DNA of 32,000 nucleotides from Propionibacterium freudenreichii subsp. freudenreichii. Its GTDB lineage: Bacteria > Actinomycetota > Actinomycetes > Propionibacteriales > Propionibacteriaceae. The position numbers and the translations under genes are program-made. The stretch lies in NCBI RefSeq assembly GCF_000940845.1, contig NZ_CP010341.1, positions 270,001 to 302,000 on the forward strand, written 5' to 3'. A model generated the notes under the pieces. That model was not told the origin of the DNA, ran no database searches, and worked only from the letters and a program-made list of their open reading frames with translations. Shown here in pieces: positions 15,380 to 24,859 of the stretch; positions within the stretch are counted from its first letter, which is position 1; each line of letters starts with the position of its first letter.

Positions 15380-17167
15380 GTGGAGGGGCATGGCGTGAGC
15401 ACCTCAGCCTTCGACCACTTCTCACCGGCCTATCCCGGCCGGGCGCCCTGGGGCACGTCGAACCGGCTGCGTGCCTGGCAGGCCGCCGCCCTGGAGCAGT
15501 ACCGCGACCAGGCGCCCCGCGACTTCCTGGCCGTGGCAACGCCCGGCGCCGGTAAGACGGCCTTCGCACTGCGGGTGGCGGCCGAGCTGTTGAGCGCCCG
15601 CATCATCCAGCGCATCACCGTCGTGTGCCCCACCGAGCACCTGAAGACCCAGTGGGCCGAGGCCGCCGCCAAGGTGGGCATCCAGCTGGATCCGGGGCTG
15701 GGCGGCTCGTCGCGTCGCGGCCGCAGCCGCCAGTTCCACGGCACCGCGGTCACCTACGCGGGCGTCGCGGCCCGGGTGTTCCACTACCGGGCACGCACCG
15801 AGAACTTCAAGACCCTGGTGATCTTCGACGAGATCCACCACGCCGGCGACGCCCTGAGCTGGGGCGACGCGATCGCCGAGGCCTTCGAGCCCGCCACCCG
15901 CCGCCTCGCCCTCACCGGCACCCCCTTCCGCAGCGACGACACCCCGATCCCATTCATCCGCTACGAACGCCACAATGACGGCTCGTTGCATTCGGCGCCC
16001 GACTTCACCTACGGCTACGCGCAGGCGCTGCGCGACCAGGTGGTGCGTCCGGTGTTGTTCATGGCCTACGGCGGCCAGATGCACTGGCGTACCAAGATGG
16101 GCGACGAGGTGGAGGCCGACCTCGCCGCGCCGCTCACCAAGGACCTGTCGGCGTCGGCCTGGCGCACTGCGCTGGACCCCAAGGGCGAGTGGATGTCGGC
16201 CGTGCTGGGGGCCGCCGACGCGCGGCTCACCCAGGTGCGCTCCCACATGCCCGACGCCGGTGGCCTGGTGATCGCCTCCGACCAGCAGCTGGCAAGGGCA
16301 TATGCCAAGATCCTGCACCAGATCACCGGCGAGCCAGCCACGCTCGTGCTGTCCGACGACGCCGGCTCCAATGAGCGCATCACCGAGTTCTCGGAGTCGC
16401 AGAGTCGCTGGATGGTGGCCGTGCGGATGGTGTCCGAGGGCGTCGACGTGCCGCGCCTGGCGGTGGGCGTCTATGCCACCTCGGTGTCGACGCCGCTGTT
16501 CTTCGCCCAGGCAGTGGGACGCTTCGTGCGCACCCGGCGTCGCGGCGAGACGGCCACCGTCTTCCTGCCCACGGTGCCGATCATCCTGGCCCACGCCACG
16601 CTGTTGGAACGTGAGCGCGACCATGTGATCGGCAAGCCCAAGAACGACGAGGGCGACCTGTGGGCACCCGAGGAGGCGCTGATCGCGCAGGCGAACGCCG
16701 CCGAGGGCGCCAGCGACGACCTGCTGGGCAGCTTCGAGGCGCTCGGCTCGCACGCCAACTTCGACCATGTGCTCTACGACTCGCAGGCCTATGGGCTGCC
16801 GGCCGAGGCCACGAGCCAGGACGAGGCCGACTACCTGGGCCTGCCCGGCCTGCTGGAGCCCGATCAGGTGAGCGCGCTGCTCAAGGAACGCCAACGCAAG
16901 CAGCTGCGTCGCCATGATCGCGCCGACCGACGCGAGCGCGTGCCCGAGGCCCAACGTCTGCACAAGGCGCTGGAGAGCTCGCGCAAGCAGCTCAACTCAT
17001 TGGTGTCGCAGTACGCGCGCTCCAGCGGCGTGCCCCATTCCCATGTGCATGCGGCGCTGCGGCGTGCGTGCGGTGGCCCCGAGCTCGCGCGGTGCACCAC
17101 CGAGCAGGTGGACGAACGCACCGCCATGCTGCGTCGCTGGTTCATGCACCCCGAGGCACGCCCCTGA
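15380..17167 (+). CDS. superfamily-2 DExH-box helicase (type III restriction Res-like helicase core)
   Basis: Motif I ATPGAGKT, motif II DEIHH, motif III LTGTP, motif VI QAVGRFVR. The C-terminal ~150 aa are charged/helical. Start is GTG 15380 or GTG 15395. Confidence 0.8.
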   Translation: MEGHGVSTSAFDHFSPAYPGRAPWGTSNRLRAWQAAALEQYRDQAPRDFLAVATPGAGKTAFALRVAAELLSARIIQRITVVCPTEHLKTQWAEAAAKVGIQLDPGLGGSSRRGRSRQFHGTAVTYAGVAARVFHYRARTENFKTLVIFDEIHHAGDALSWGDAIAEAFEPATRRLALTGTPFRSDDTPIPFIRYERHNDGSLHSAPDFTYGYAQALRDQVVRPVLFMAYGGQMHWRTKMGDEVEADLAAPLTKDLSASAWRTALDPKGEWMSAVLGAADARLTQVRSHMPDAGGLVIASDQQLARAYAKILHQITGEPATLVLSDDAGSNERITEFSESQSRWMVAVRMVSEGVDVPRLAVGVYATSVSTPLFFAQAVGRFVRTRRRGETATVFLPTVPIILAHATLLERERDHVIGKPKNDEGDLWAPEEALIAQANAAEGASDDLLGSFEALGSHANFDHVLYDSQAYGLPAEATSQDEADYLGLPGLLEPDQVSALLKERQRKQLRRHDRADRRERVPEAQRLHKALESSRKQLNSLVSQYARSSGVPHSHVHAALRRACGGPELARCTTEQVDERTAMLRRWFMHPEARP

Positions 17168-17368
17168 GCGCCGGGCAATCGGCCGGCAGGACGGGCCCCG
17201 AGCCCGGAACACTGACCGCACGCCGCACCCGACCAGACGCCATTCACCCGACAGGACGGAGCACGCTGAGCTGATGACCAGGAGCCTGACCTTCCCCCGG
17301 GGCGCCGCTGCCGGCGGCATCGTTTCCCATCACCGCGTGTCCGGGATGGCCGTGCGACACCCGGGCGC

Positions 17369-18091
17369 GTGTTCCCGGCACTGTCAGTGCGTCGCTATAG
17401 CCTTTTCAGGGTGAGTGCCGTGCGTCGTCGTGTCAGCCATCCCCTCCGGGTGATCCTGGTGGGCATGGTGGTGCTCGCCTGCTTGGTGCTGACCGGTTCC
17501 TGGGCGCTCGTGCACGGTGCCGCCCGCGACCGCGTGTTCACCGCCCACAGTGCCCCGAACCGCGACGTGGCCCTGGTGTTGGGGGCCGGGTTGAATGCCG
17601 ACGGGTCGCCCTCGCTCTACCTGGCCGGCCGGCTGCGGGCCGCCTACGACCTGTACGTGTCACAGAAGGTGAAGGTGATCCTGGTCAGCGGCGACAACCG
17701 CACCGTCACCTATTCCGAACCGGGGGCGATGCGCAGCTACCTGCGCCTGCTGGGCGTGCCCGACCGCGATGTGGTGGCCGACTATGCCGGGCTCGACACC
17801 TACGACTCGTGTTATCGGGCGCGCAATATCTTCGGGGTGAACTCCGTCACCGTGGTGGGGCAGAGCTATCACCTCGACCGCGCGGTCGCCACCTGCCGCA
17901 GCATCGGCATCGACGACACCATCGGGGTGAGCGACGAGCAGTCGCACGACACGTCCACCTGGCGCACCGGCGAGATGCGTGAGATCCCCGCCAACGTGAA
18001 GTTCGTCTGGGACCGGGTGACCCATCGCAAGCCGATCCTGGGCCAGCGCGAGACCTCGGTGACCGACGCCCTGGCGGAGCACGACCGCTGA
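17369..18091 (+). CDS. SanA/YdcF-like DUF218 membrane-anchored protein
   Basis: Basic N-terminus plus one TM (VILVGMVVLACLVLTGSWALV), then a DUF218-type core (VALVLGAGL, VILVSGDN). The start is uncertain (in-frame GTG codons near 17411-17420 are alternatives). Confidence 0.65.
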   Translation: MFPALSVRRYSLFRVSAVRRRVSHPLRVILVGMVVLACLVLTGSWALVHGAARDRVFTAHSAPNRDVALVLGAGLNADGSPSLYLAGRLRAAYDLYVSQKVKVILVSGDNRTVTYSEPGAMRSYLRLLGVPDRDVVADYAGLDTYDSCYRARNIFGVNSVTVVGQSYHLDRAVATCRSIGIDDTIGVSDEQSHDTSTWRTGEMREIPANVKFVWDRVTHRKPILGQRETSVTDALAEHDR

Positions 18092-18178
18092 GCGTCCCGA
18101 CGCGGACTTGCCCACCGATAACCTCCTGGTGGGATTAGGGGTATTGAAAAGATCGGGATATCGATAATCGCCTGAACC

Positions 18179-19612
18179 TCAGCGCCGACCCATTCCTGCA
18201 TAGCGCCACCCGGCCCGTTTCCATTCGTCGGGATCAAGTGCATTGCGGCCGTCCAACAGGGCCTTGTGGGCCACGACCTCACCGAGCTCGGCGGGGTCGA
18301 GGCGCAGGTAGTGCGGCCACGGGGTGAGCAGCGCCACCACGTCGGCGTCGGTGGCGGCCGTGAGGGTGTCATCGACGACCTCCAGGTCGGCCCGTAGGCG
18401 ACGCAGCCCGCCGGTCGCCATCGGATCGGTGATCGTCACCCGGGCGCCGGCGGCCCGTGCCCGGTCGGCGATTCCCAGCGCTGGAGAGTCACGCAAGTCG
18501 TCGCTGTCGGGCTTGAACGCCGCACCCAGGATCGCCACCCGGCGTCCGGCCAGGCCGCCGCCACACAGCCGCGCCAGGGCATCGGTGGCCCGGTCGCGGG
18601 CGCGCAGGTTGAGGGCGTCCACGCGCCCCAGCAGGTCGGCGACGGGTTGGGCGCCGAGCTCGCCGGCCCGCGCCTGCAGTGCGCGCAGGTCCTTGGGCAG
18701 GCAGCCGCCCCCGAAGCCGATGCCGGCATCGAGGAATCCTGCGCCGATCCGCGGATCGAGGCCGAGCGCGTCGGCCAGCGCGGTGACATCGGCGCCGGCG
18801 GCGTCGCACAGCTCGGCCATCGCGTTGATGAAGCTGATCTTGGTGGCCAGGAAGGCATTGGCCGAGGTCTTCACCAGCTCCGCGGTGGCATAGTCCACGG
18901 CCAGCCGGGGCGTCGCGGCGTCGATCCCACGATGGCAGCGGGCCAGCTGGCTGCGCGCGAAGCGGGCCTGCTCGGGGTCGTCGGGCAGGCCGTGCACCAG
19001 GCGGGCCGGTGCCCGGGTGCCGGCGATCGCATGGCCCTCGCGCACGAACTCCGGCTCCCAGGCCACCACCAGGTCGGCATCACACCGCGACAGCCGCTCG
19101 GCCACCCGGGCCGCGGTGCCGACCGGGACCGTCGACTTGCCCACCACCAGCGTGCGATGGGTGCGCGAGGCATGGGCCTCCACCTGACGCAGCGCCGCAT
19201 CCAGCTGCGACAGGTCGGCGCGCCCGGCTGCCACGGGCCCCTGCGCGCCCGATCCGTCGGGAGCCGGGTTCCCGGTGGCCCGACCGTTGCCCACCGGCCC
19301 ACTTCCCGCAGGCCCAGTTCCCCCGTGCCCAGCTCCCACCTGCCCATCTCCCAGCTGGGGCGTGCCCACCGCCAGGTAGATCACCTCGGCCGCCCCCAGC
19401 GTGCCGGGGTCGGTGGTGAACCGCAGGCCATGGCCCACGGTGCGGCCCAACAGCCCGGCCAGGCCCGGCTCATGGAACAGTGGCTCGCCGGCCTGCAGGC
19501 CCGCCACCTTGCGGGCGTCCACGTCGAGGCCGACAACCTCATGGCCCGCCCCGGCGAGGCAGGCTGCGTGCACTGCGCCGAGATAGCCGCAGCCGATAAC
19601 GCTGATGTGCAT
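18179..19612 (-). CDS. UDP-glucose/GDP-mannose dehydrogenase family protein with a Gly-rich insertion
   Basis: MHISVIGCGYLGAVHAACLAGAGHEVVGLDVD Rossmann start, and the catalytic region IGFGGGCLPKD. The ATG is at complement 19612-19610. The 611-aa track ORF extends upstream into non-coding-looking text. Confidence 0.8.
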   Translation of the reverse strand: MHISVIGCGYLGAVHAACLAGAGHEVVGLDVDARKVAGLQAGEPLFHEPGLAGLLGRTVGHGLRFTTDPGTLGAAEVIYLAVGTPQLGDGQVGAGHGGTGPAGSGPVGNGRATGNPAPDGSGAQGPVAAGRADLSQLDAALRQVEAHASRTHRTLVVGKSTVPVGTAARVAERLSRCDADLVVAWEPEFVREGHAIAGTRAPARLVHGLPDDPEQARFARSQLARCHRGIDAATPRLAVDYATAELVKTSANAFLATKISFINAMAELCDAAGADVTALADALGLDPRIGAGFLDAGIGFGGGCLPKDLRALQARAGELGAQPVADLLGRVDALNLRARDRATDALARLCGGGLAGRRVAILGAAFKPDSDDLRDSPALGIADRARAAGARVTITDPMATGGLRRLRADLEVVDDTLTAATDADVVALLTPWPHYLRLDPAELGEVVAHKALLDGRNALDPDEWKRAGWRYAGMGRR

Positions 19613-19694
19613 GCCTGCCACGGTAGCCATCGCCGCGCAGGCCCCGGCCGCCGACGCGGGCGCGGCGACGGCCTGCGCGTCCGGCCGTGAAACA

Positions 19695-21338
19695 ATGATC
19701 CCCATGTCGTCCTTGCCCTCGCAGCTGTCCGAACGTGTCCAATCCGTGGCGGGTATCGACCCCGAGATGCGGCCCGCCACCAAGCCCCAATTCGGCCACT
19801 TCCAGTCGAATGTGGCGCTGCGCCTGGCCAAGCAGCAGGGCAAGCCACCGCGCCAGGTGGCCCAGGAAATCGTCGACAAGCTCGACGTGGGCGATCTGTG
19901 CGAGCCCGTGGAGATCGCCGGGCCCGGCTTCCTCAACTTCCGGTTGCGTGCCGACGTGCTGGCCGGTGCCGTCACCGACCAGCTGCACGACCCGCGCGCC
20001 GGCATCACGCCCACCGAGCTGCCGCAGACCGTCGTGATCGACTACTCGGCACCCAACGCCGCCAAGCAGATGCACGTGGGCCACCTGCGCTCCACGATCA
20101 TCGGCGATTGCTTCAACCGCGTGCTGCGCGCCAAGGGCCACACGGTGATCGCCCAGAACCACATCGGCGACTGGGGACGCCAGTTCGGCATGCTCATCGA
20201 GCAGGCACTCGACGAGAAGCTCGACCTCGACAGCCTCGACCTGGCCGGCGCCGAGGAGCTCTACAAGCGCGCCAACGCCCACCTGAAGTCGGACGATGCC
20301 TTCGCCGACCGCGCCCGCGAGCGCGTCGTCAAGCTGCAGAACGGCGACGCGGACACCCGCGCCATGTGGCGCAAGATGATCGACCTGTCGAAGGCCGGGT
20401 TCAACAAGACCTATGCCCGCATGGGGGTGCTGCTCACCGACGCCGACTATGCCGGCGAGTCGATGTACAACGAGATGCTGCCCCAGGTGTGCGACGACCT
20501 CGAGCAGCGCGGCATCGCCAAGCTCGACCAGGGCGCCCTGGTGGTCTTCGTCAAGGGCTTCGACGCCCCGGCGATCCTGCGCAACTCGCAGGGCGGCTAC
20601 GGCTACGACGTCACCGATGTGGCCGCCGTGCGCTACCGCGTCGACGACCTGGAGGCCAACCGGCTGATCTACGTGGTGGGTTCGGAGCAGACCTATCACT
20701 TCAACCTGATCTTCGCCGTGTGCCGCGAGGCCGGCTACCTGCCCGCCTGGGTGAGCGCCCAGCACGTGGGCTACGGCATGGTGCTCGGGGCGGACGGCAA
20801 GAAGTTCTCCACCCGCGAGGGCACCGCGGTGCACCTCAACGACCTGCTCGACGAGGCCGAGGAGCACGCCGCCCCCGAGATCGCGCTGGCGGCCATCAAA
20901 TACGCCGACCTGTCGAACTCATTGCAGAAGGACTACGTCTTCGACCCCGTGCGGATGACCCAGACCACCGGCGACACCGGCCCCTACCTGCAGTACGCCC
21001 ACGCCCGCGTGAGCCAGATCCTGCGTAAGGCCGACGCCGAGGGCCTGTCGGGCGACACGATCAGCGTGCTCGACGAGGTGCCCGAGCAGGAACTCGCCCT
21101 GTGGCTGACGCGCTTCGGTGACGCCGTCGACGAGGTGGCCGACGAGCTGACGCCCCACAAGCTGTGCACCTACCTCTACGAGCTGGCCACCAAGTACTCC
21201 ACGTTCTACGAGAACTGCCCGGTGCTCAAGTCCGACGGCGATGTGCGCACCTCTCGGTTGGCGCTGTGCGCCACCACCAAGCGTGTGCTGGCCACCGGTC
21301 TCGACCTGTTGGGAATTGCGGCGCCCGAACGGATGTGA
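19695..21338 (+). CDS. argS: arginine--tRNA ligase
   Basis: N-terminal ..PQFGHFQSNVAL.. ArgS-type domain, class I HVGHLRS (HIGH), GKKFSTREG (the ArgS version of KMSKS), and a C-terminal DALR-type helical domain ending ..GIAAPERM. ATG 19695 or 19704. Confidence 0.9.
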   Translation: MIPMSSLPSQLSERVQSVAGIDPEMRPATKPQFGHFQSNVALRLAKQQGKPPRQVAQEIVDKLDVGDLCEPVEIAGPGFLNFRLRADVLAGAVTDQLHDPRAGITPTELPQTVVIDYSAPNAAKQMHVGHLRSTIIGDCFNRVLRAKGHTVIAQNHIGDWGRQFGMLIEQALDEKLDLDSLDLAGAEELYKRANAHLKSDDAFADRARERVVKLQNGDADTRAMWRKMIDLSKAGFNKTYARMGVLLTDADYAGESMYNEMLPQVCDDLEQRGIAKLDQGALVVFVKGFDAPAILRNSQGGYGYDVTDVAAVRYRVDDLEANRLIYVVGSEQTYHFNLIFAVCREAGYLPAWVSAQHVGYGMVLGADGKKFSTREGTAVHLNDLLDEAEEHAAPEIALAAIKYADLSNSLQKDYVFDPVRMTQTTGDTGPYLQYAHARVSQILRKADAEGLSGDTISVLDEVPEQELALWLTRFGDAVDEVADELTPHKLCTYLYELATKYSTFYENCPVLKSDGDVRTSRLALCATTKRVLATGLDLLGIAAPERM

Positions 21339-21359
21339 ACCGGCGCCGCCGGCCGGTGA

Positions 21360-22397
21360 CTACCGCGCCGGTGCCGCCGTGGACCTGCGGACGCGCAGCG
21401 AGGGTGCCACCAGGCTGCGCTGGGGTGGCGACGCAGGCTGCAGGATGCGGCGGATGATCGATTCGCCCGCGAGTCGTCCCTGCTCCTCGCTGTGCGTGTC
21501 CACCGAGGTGAGGGGCGTGGTGCCCGACCGTGACAGGAATGAGTTGTCGATGGTGGCCACCGACAGGTCCGTGGGGATGCGCAGTCCCAGGTCGGCCGCG
21601 GCGGTGAGCAGCCCGGCGGCCGCGAAGTCATTGGAGACGAAGACCGCCGTGGGTGGGGTCCCTCCGCGTTCGAGGAGGCGACGCCCGGCGTCGTATCCGC
21701 CCAGGTCGGTTCCGTCCGAGCTCTCCATCATGGTGTTCCCGCCCAGCCCGTGGGTGGCCATGAAGTCGCGGTAGCTGTCACGCCGGATGGCGAACGAGCG
21801 GGCGTCCGGTCCGGCGAGGTGGGCGATCCGGCGGTGGCCGAGGTCGAACAGGTGGTGCATCACCAGCGCGGCGGCCGCCGCATCGTCGCCTGTGGTCACG
21901 TCCACCGGTGAGTCATCGAAGTCCCGGCTGCCGGCGATGACGGTGGGCATGAGCTCGATCGCCTCCGACAGGGCGTGCGTCACCGGCATCGTGCCGGCCA
22001 GGACGATGCCGTCGACCTGGCTCTCCAGGAAGGTGTGGATGAGTCGCTCGTCCATGTGCCGGTCCACCCGGGTGTCACCCACCACCATGTAATAGCCGTG
22101 GTGGTGCAGCGCAGCGCCCAGGCCACCCAGGAAATCGCCGAACCAGGGCTGGCGAAGGTCGTTGACCATCGCCCCGATGGCATGGGTGCGTCGTTCGGTG
22201 AGGCTGCGGGCCATCGCATTGGGGCGGTATCCGAGCTCGTCGACGGCGGCCTGGATGGCCTCGCGGGCCGCGTCGCTCAGGTAGGTGCCGCCCTGGAGGA
22301 ACCGCGACACCGATGACTTGGAGACGCCGGCACGCGCGGCGACCTGGCGAATCGTCACCGACGGGTTCTCCGGGCCGGGGCCTGCTGTGTGCGTCAC
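21360..22397 (-). CDS. LacI-family transcriptional regulator
   Basis: N-terminal HTH VTIRQVAARAGVSKSSVSRFLQG and YRPNAMARSL, followed by a periplasmic-binding-protein-like sugar-binding core. It is divergent from the sugar cassette. Confidence 0.85.
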   Translation of the reverse strand: MTHTAGPGPENPSVTIRQVAARAGVSKSSVSRFLQGGTYLSDAAREAIQAAVDELGYRPNAMARSLTERRTHAIGAMVNDLRQPWFGDFLGGLGAALHHHGYYMVVGDTRVDRHMDERLIHTFLESQVDGIVLAGTMPVTHALSEAIELMPTVIAGSRDFDDSPVDVTTGDDAAAAALVMHHLFDLGHRRIAHLAGPDARSFAIRRDSYRDFMATHGLGGNTMMESSDGTDLGGYDAGRRLLERGGTPPTAVFVSNDFAAAGLLTAAADLGLRIPTDLSVATIDNSFLSRSGTTPLTSVDTHSEEQGRLAGESIIRRILQPASPPQRSLVAPSLRVRRSTAAPAR

Positions 22398-22505
22398 GCG
22401 TCTCCTGCCTTCTGTCAGCCGAGGGGCCGCGCCGTGGGCCGGCGCCCTGCAGTCCCGGGTCTAGTCAAGCAGCTTCGGTTCGCGTCGGGGGATCGGACCG
22501 AGGGG

Positions 22506-22535
22506 TTGACAAGCGGTCTTCCCGGGAATGATACT
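22506..22535 (+). promoter_or_regulatory. candidate sigma-70-type promoter of the inositol-type cassette
   Basis: TTGACA (22506-22511), 18-nt spacer, GATACT (22530-22535). The first operator begins at the last base of the -10 element. Confidence 0.5.
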
Positions 22536-22548
22536 GGGACCGGTCCCA
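22535..22548. promoter_or_regulatory. operator O1, 14-bp perfect palindrome TGGGACCGGTCCCA
   Basis: Self-complementary with a central CG, as in LacI-family operators. It overlaps the putative -10/+1 region. Confidence 0.65.
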
Positions 22549-22577
22549 CATCAGTGCGCAGAGTTGCTCACGTCAAT

Positions 22578-22593
22578 CTGGGACCGGTCCCAG
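22578..22593. promoter_or_regulatory. operator O2, 16-bp perfect palindrome CTGGGACCGGTCCCAG
   Basis: Same 14-bp core as O1. The centres are 44 bp apart. It lies in the 5' UTR, about 40 nt before ATG 22635. Confidence 0.65.
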
Positions 22594-22634
22594 AAGATTC
22601 GGCGAACTCTCCGCCTGAGCACAAGGAGCACTTC

Positions 22635-23552
22635 ATGACCACCACTGACAAGGCGCCCGCCACCAGGGCCCGACTGGGCAGCGCCCCCGACTCGTGGGGA
22701 GTCTGGTTCCCCGACCATCCCCAGCAGACCACCGGCACCCGCTTCCTCGATGAGATCGCCGAGGCCGGCTACCACTGGATGGAGCTCGGCCCCTACGGCT
22801 TCCTGCCCACCGACCCCTCGCAGCTGGCCGACGAACTGGCCGCCCGCGACCTGCACGTGTCGGCCGGCACGGTGGGTGGCGCCTTCCACAAGAAGGACGA
22901 GCTCGAGGCACTCACCCAGGAGGCGCTGCGCGTCGCCAAGCTGGCCGCGGCCGTGGGTGGCAAGTACCTGGTGCTCCTGCCCGCCATGTACCGCGACCTG
23001 CTCTCGGGTGACTACCTCGAGGACAAGACGCTCGACACCGAGGGCTGGAAGCAGTTCATCCGCTCGTGCGAGGAGGTCTCACGGGCCGTGCAGCAGGAGA
23101 CGGGGCTGCGGGCGGTGTTCCACCCCCACGCCGACTCCCACGTCGAGACCCAGCAGCAGACCTACCGCTGGCTGGACGACACCGATGCCGACGCGGTGGG
23201 CCTGTGCCTCGACACCGGCCACATCGAGTACGGCGGCGGCGACAGCGCAGAGATCATGCGCCGCTACCCGCAGCGCATCGAGTACATGCACTTCAAGCAG
23301 GTTGACCCCGAGCTCATGAAGACCGTGCGCGACAAGGACCTCGCCTTCGCCGATGCGGTCAAGCTGGGCGCCATCTGCGAGCCACCCAAGGGCATCCCCA
23401 CCGCTGAGTCGATCGCGGCGCAGATGCACCTGCTCAACCCCGAGCTGTTCGTGATCGTCGAGCAGGACATGTTCCCCTGCGATCCCGACGACCCCCTGCC
23501 CATCGCCGCCCGGACCTGCGGCTACCTGCGCAGCGTCCCGCTGGCCCTCTGA
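22635..23552 (+). CDS. xylose-isomerase-like TIM-barrel protein (IolE/inosose-dehydratase-like sugar phosphate isomerase/epimerase family)
   Basis: ATG 22635 after AAGGAG (22623-22628). The N-terminal G.AP.SWG and C-terminal ..VIVEQD...DP..P...AR..YL pattern resembles recalled B. subtilis IolE. Conserved H/D/E metal-ligand spacing (HPH, DTGH, EQD). Confidence 0.7.
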   Translation: MTTTDKAPATRARLGSAPDSWGVWFPDHPQQTTGTRFLDEIAEAGYHWMELGPYGFLPTDPSQLADELAARDLHVSAGTVGGAFHKKDELEALTQEALRVAKLAAAVGGKYLVLLPAMYRDLLSGDYLEDKTLDTEGWKQFIRSCEEVSRAVQQETGLRAVFHPHADSHVETQQQTYRWLDDTDADAVGLCLDTGHIEYGGGDSAEIMRRYPQRIEYMHFKQVDPELMKTVRDKDLAFADAVKLGAICEPPKGIPTAESIAAQMHLLNPELFVIVEQDMFPCDPDDPLPIAARTCGYLRSVPLAL

Positions 23553-23581
23553 TCGTCTCCTCCACACGAAAGCGACATGAC

Positions 23582-24859
23582 ATGACACTTCGCATCGGAC
23601 TCGTCGGCGCCGGATTCATCGGCTCGCTGCACGCCCGCAACCTCTTCGCCTCGCCGCGCTTCGACCTCGCCGTGGTCGCGGAACCGAACGCCGACCACGC
23701 CCGCGCCGTGGAGGAGCTCACCGGCGCCACCATCGTGCCCGACTGGCGCACCCTGGTGGACGACGACTCCCTGGACGCCGTGCTGATCGCCAGCCCCGCC
23801 GAGGACCATCCCGAGCAGGTGGGGGCCTTCGCACGCGCCGGGAAGCACGTCTACTGCGAGAAGCCACTGGGACTCACCCTGGAGGCCGCCGACGCGGCAG
23901 TGGCCGCGGTGCAGGAGGCCGGCACCCTGTTGCAGATGGGATTCAACCGGCGCCTTGACCCGAACATGGCGGCACTGCACGCCAATGTGGCCGACGGGCG
24001 CGTGGGCGATCCGCTGATCGTCAACATCATCTCCCGCGATCCGGGGCTGCCCGACGCCTCTTACCAGCGCGGCCCGGGAAAGATGTTCATGGACACCTCC
24101 ATCCACGACTTCGACACCGCCCGCTTCCTGGCCGGCTCGGAGATCGTCGAGGTCTCCGCGTTCAGCGCCGCCCTGGTGGACGAGCTGGCGCGCGACGCCG
24201 GCGACGCCGACACCTGCCTGATCACCCTGCGCTTCGCCAACGGGGCACTGGGCGTCATCGACAACTCGCGCCTGGCCACCTACGGATACGACCAGCGCGC
24301 CGAGGTGCTCGGCACCCTGGGCCTGGCATCGATGGGCAATGTCCCCAGCACCACCACCACGGTGGCCGATGGCGCGGGCTATCTCACCCCGCCGCTGCCC
24401 GACTTCTTCCCCGAGCGCTACGCCGAGTCGTACCGCATCGGGCTCGACGTCTTCGCCGATGCGATCGAGAAGGGTTCGCCGGTGGCCTCGGACGGCCACG
24501 ACGCCCGCCAGGCCCTGGCCGCCGCCTTCGCGGCCGAGCAGTCCCGTCGCGAGCAGCGGGCCATCCCCCCTCAACCAGTAGTCGGCCACCCGGGTCGTCG
24601 AGTTCGATCCGGGTGGGTCCGCTCACCATCCCCTGTCGGGCCCGGGCGCAATGTCGAGCCGGGGCCCGACCAGAAAGGAGAGTCATGTCCAATGCAGTAC
24701 GTGACGCCGGGGGTACGAAACCAGCGTCGCAGCAAGAGAATCAGCTCCCCCCATTCACGGTCGGCCCGCATTCCAAGCGGCTCGGCATCATCGCGGTCAT
24801 CGCCACCTTCGGCGGGCTGCTGTTCGGCTATGACACCGGAGTGGTCAACGGTGCCCTGA
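23582..24859 (+). CDS. Gfo/Idh/MocA-family oxidoreductase (inositol 2-dehydrogenase-like) with an abnormal C-terminal read-through
   Basis: MTLRIGLVGAGFIGSLHARNL Rossmann start; the EKP motif (YCEKPL). The family-typical sequence ends near ..AAEQSRREQRAIP. The ORF then runs about 93 low-complexity codons into the next gene. Removing one C from the C6 run 24565-24570 would give ..AIPLNQ-TAG (stop at 24579-24581, 332 aa). Confidence 0.75.
   Translation: MTLRIGLVGAGFIGSLHARNLFASPRFDLAVVAEPNADHARAVEELTGATIVPDWRTLVDDDSLDAVLIASPAEDHPEQVGAFARAGKHVYCEKPLGLTLEAADAAVAAVQEAGTLLQMGFNRRLDPNMAALHANVADGRVGDPLIVNIISRDPGLPDASYQRGPGKMFMDTSIHDFDTARFLAGSEIVEVSAFSAALVDELARDAGDADTCLITLRFANGALGVIDNSRLATYGYDQRAEVLGTLGLASMGNVPSTTTTVADGAGYLTPPLPDFFPERYAESYRIGLDVFADAIEKGSPVASDGHDARQALAAAFAAEQSRREQRAIPPQPVVGHPGRRVRSGWVRSPSPVGPGRNVEPGPDQKGESCPMQYVTPGVRNQRRSKRISSPHSRSARIPSGSASSRSSPPSAGCCSAMTPEWSTVP

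Noticed and set aside
15380-17167. Helicase as part of a restriction or phage-defence system
   Set aside because: No methyltransferase, nuclease or other defence partner is adjacent. The neighbours are housekeeping genes (SanA-like, Ugd, ArgS). A stand-alone DExH helicase is insufficient evidence.
19613-20014. N-terminal 133-aa extension of the UDP-glucose dehydrogenase ORF
   Set aside because: The Rossmann fold begins at MHISVIGCGYLG (ATG at 19612). The extension overlaps the argS 5' end on the opposite strand and has no protein-like features.
24584-24625. tRNA-like T-arm (GAGTTCGATCC)
   Set aside because: The surrounding stem CCACCCGG/CCGGGTGG encloses a 15-nt loop, not a 7-nt T-loop. No acceptor, D or anticodon arms can be drawn.
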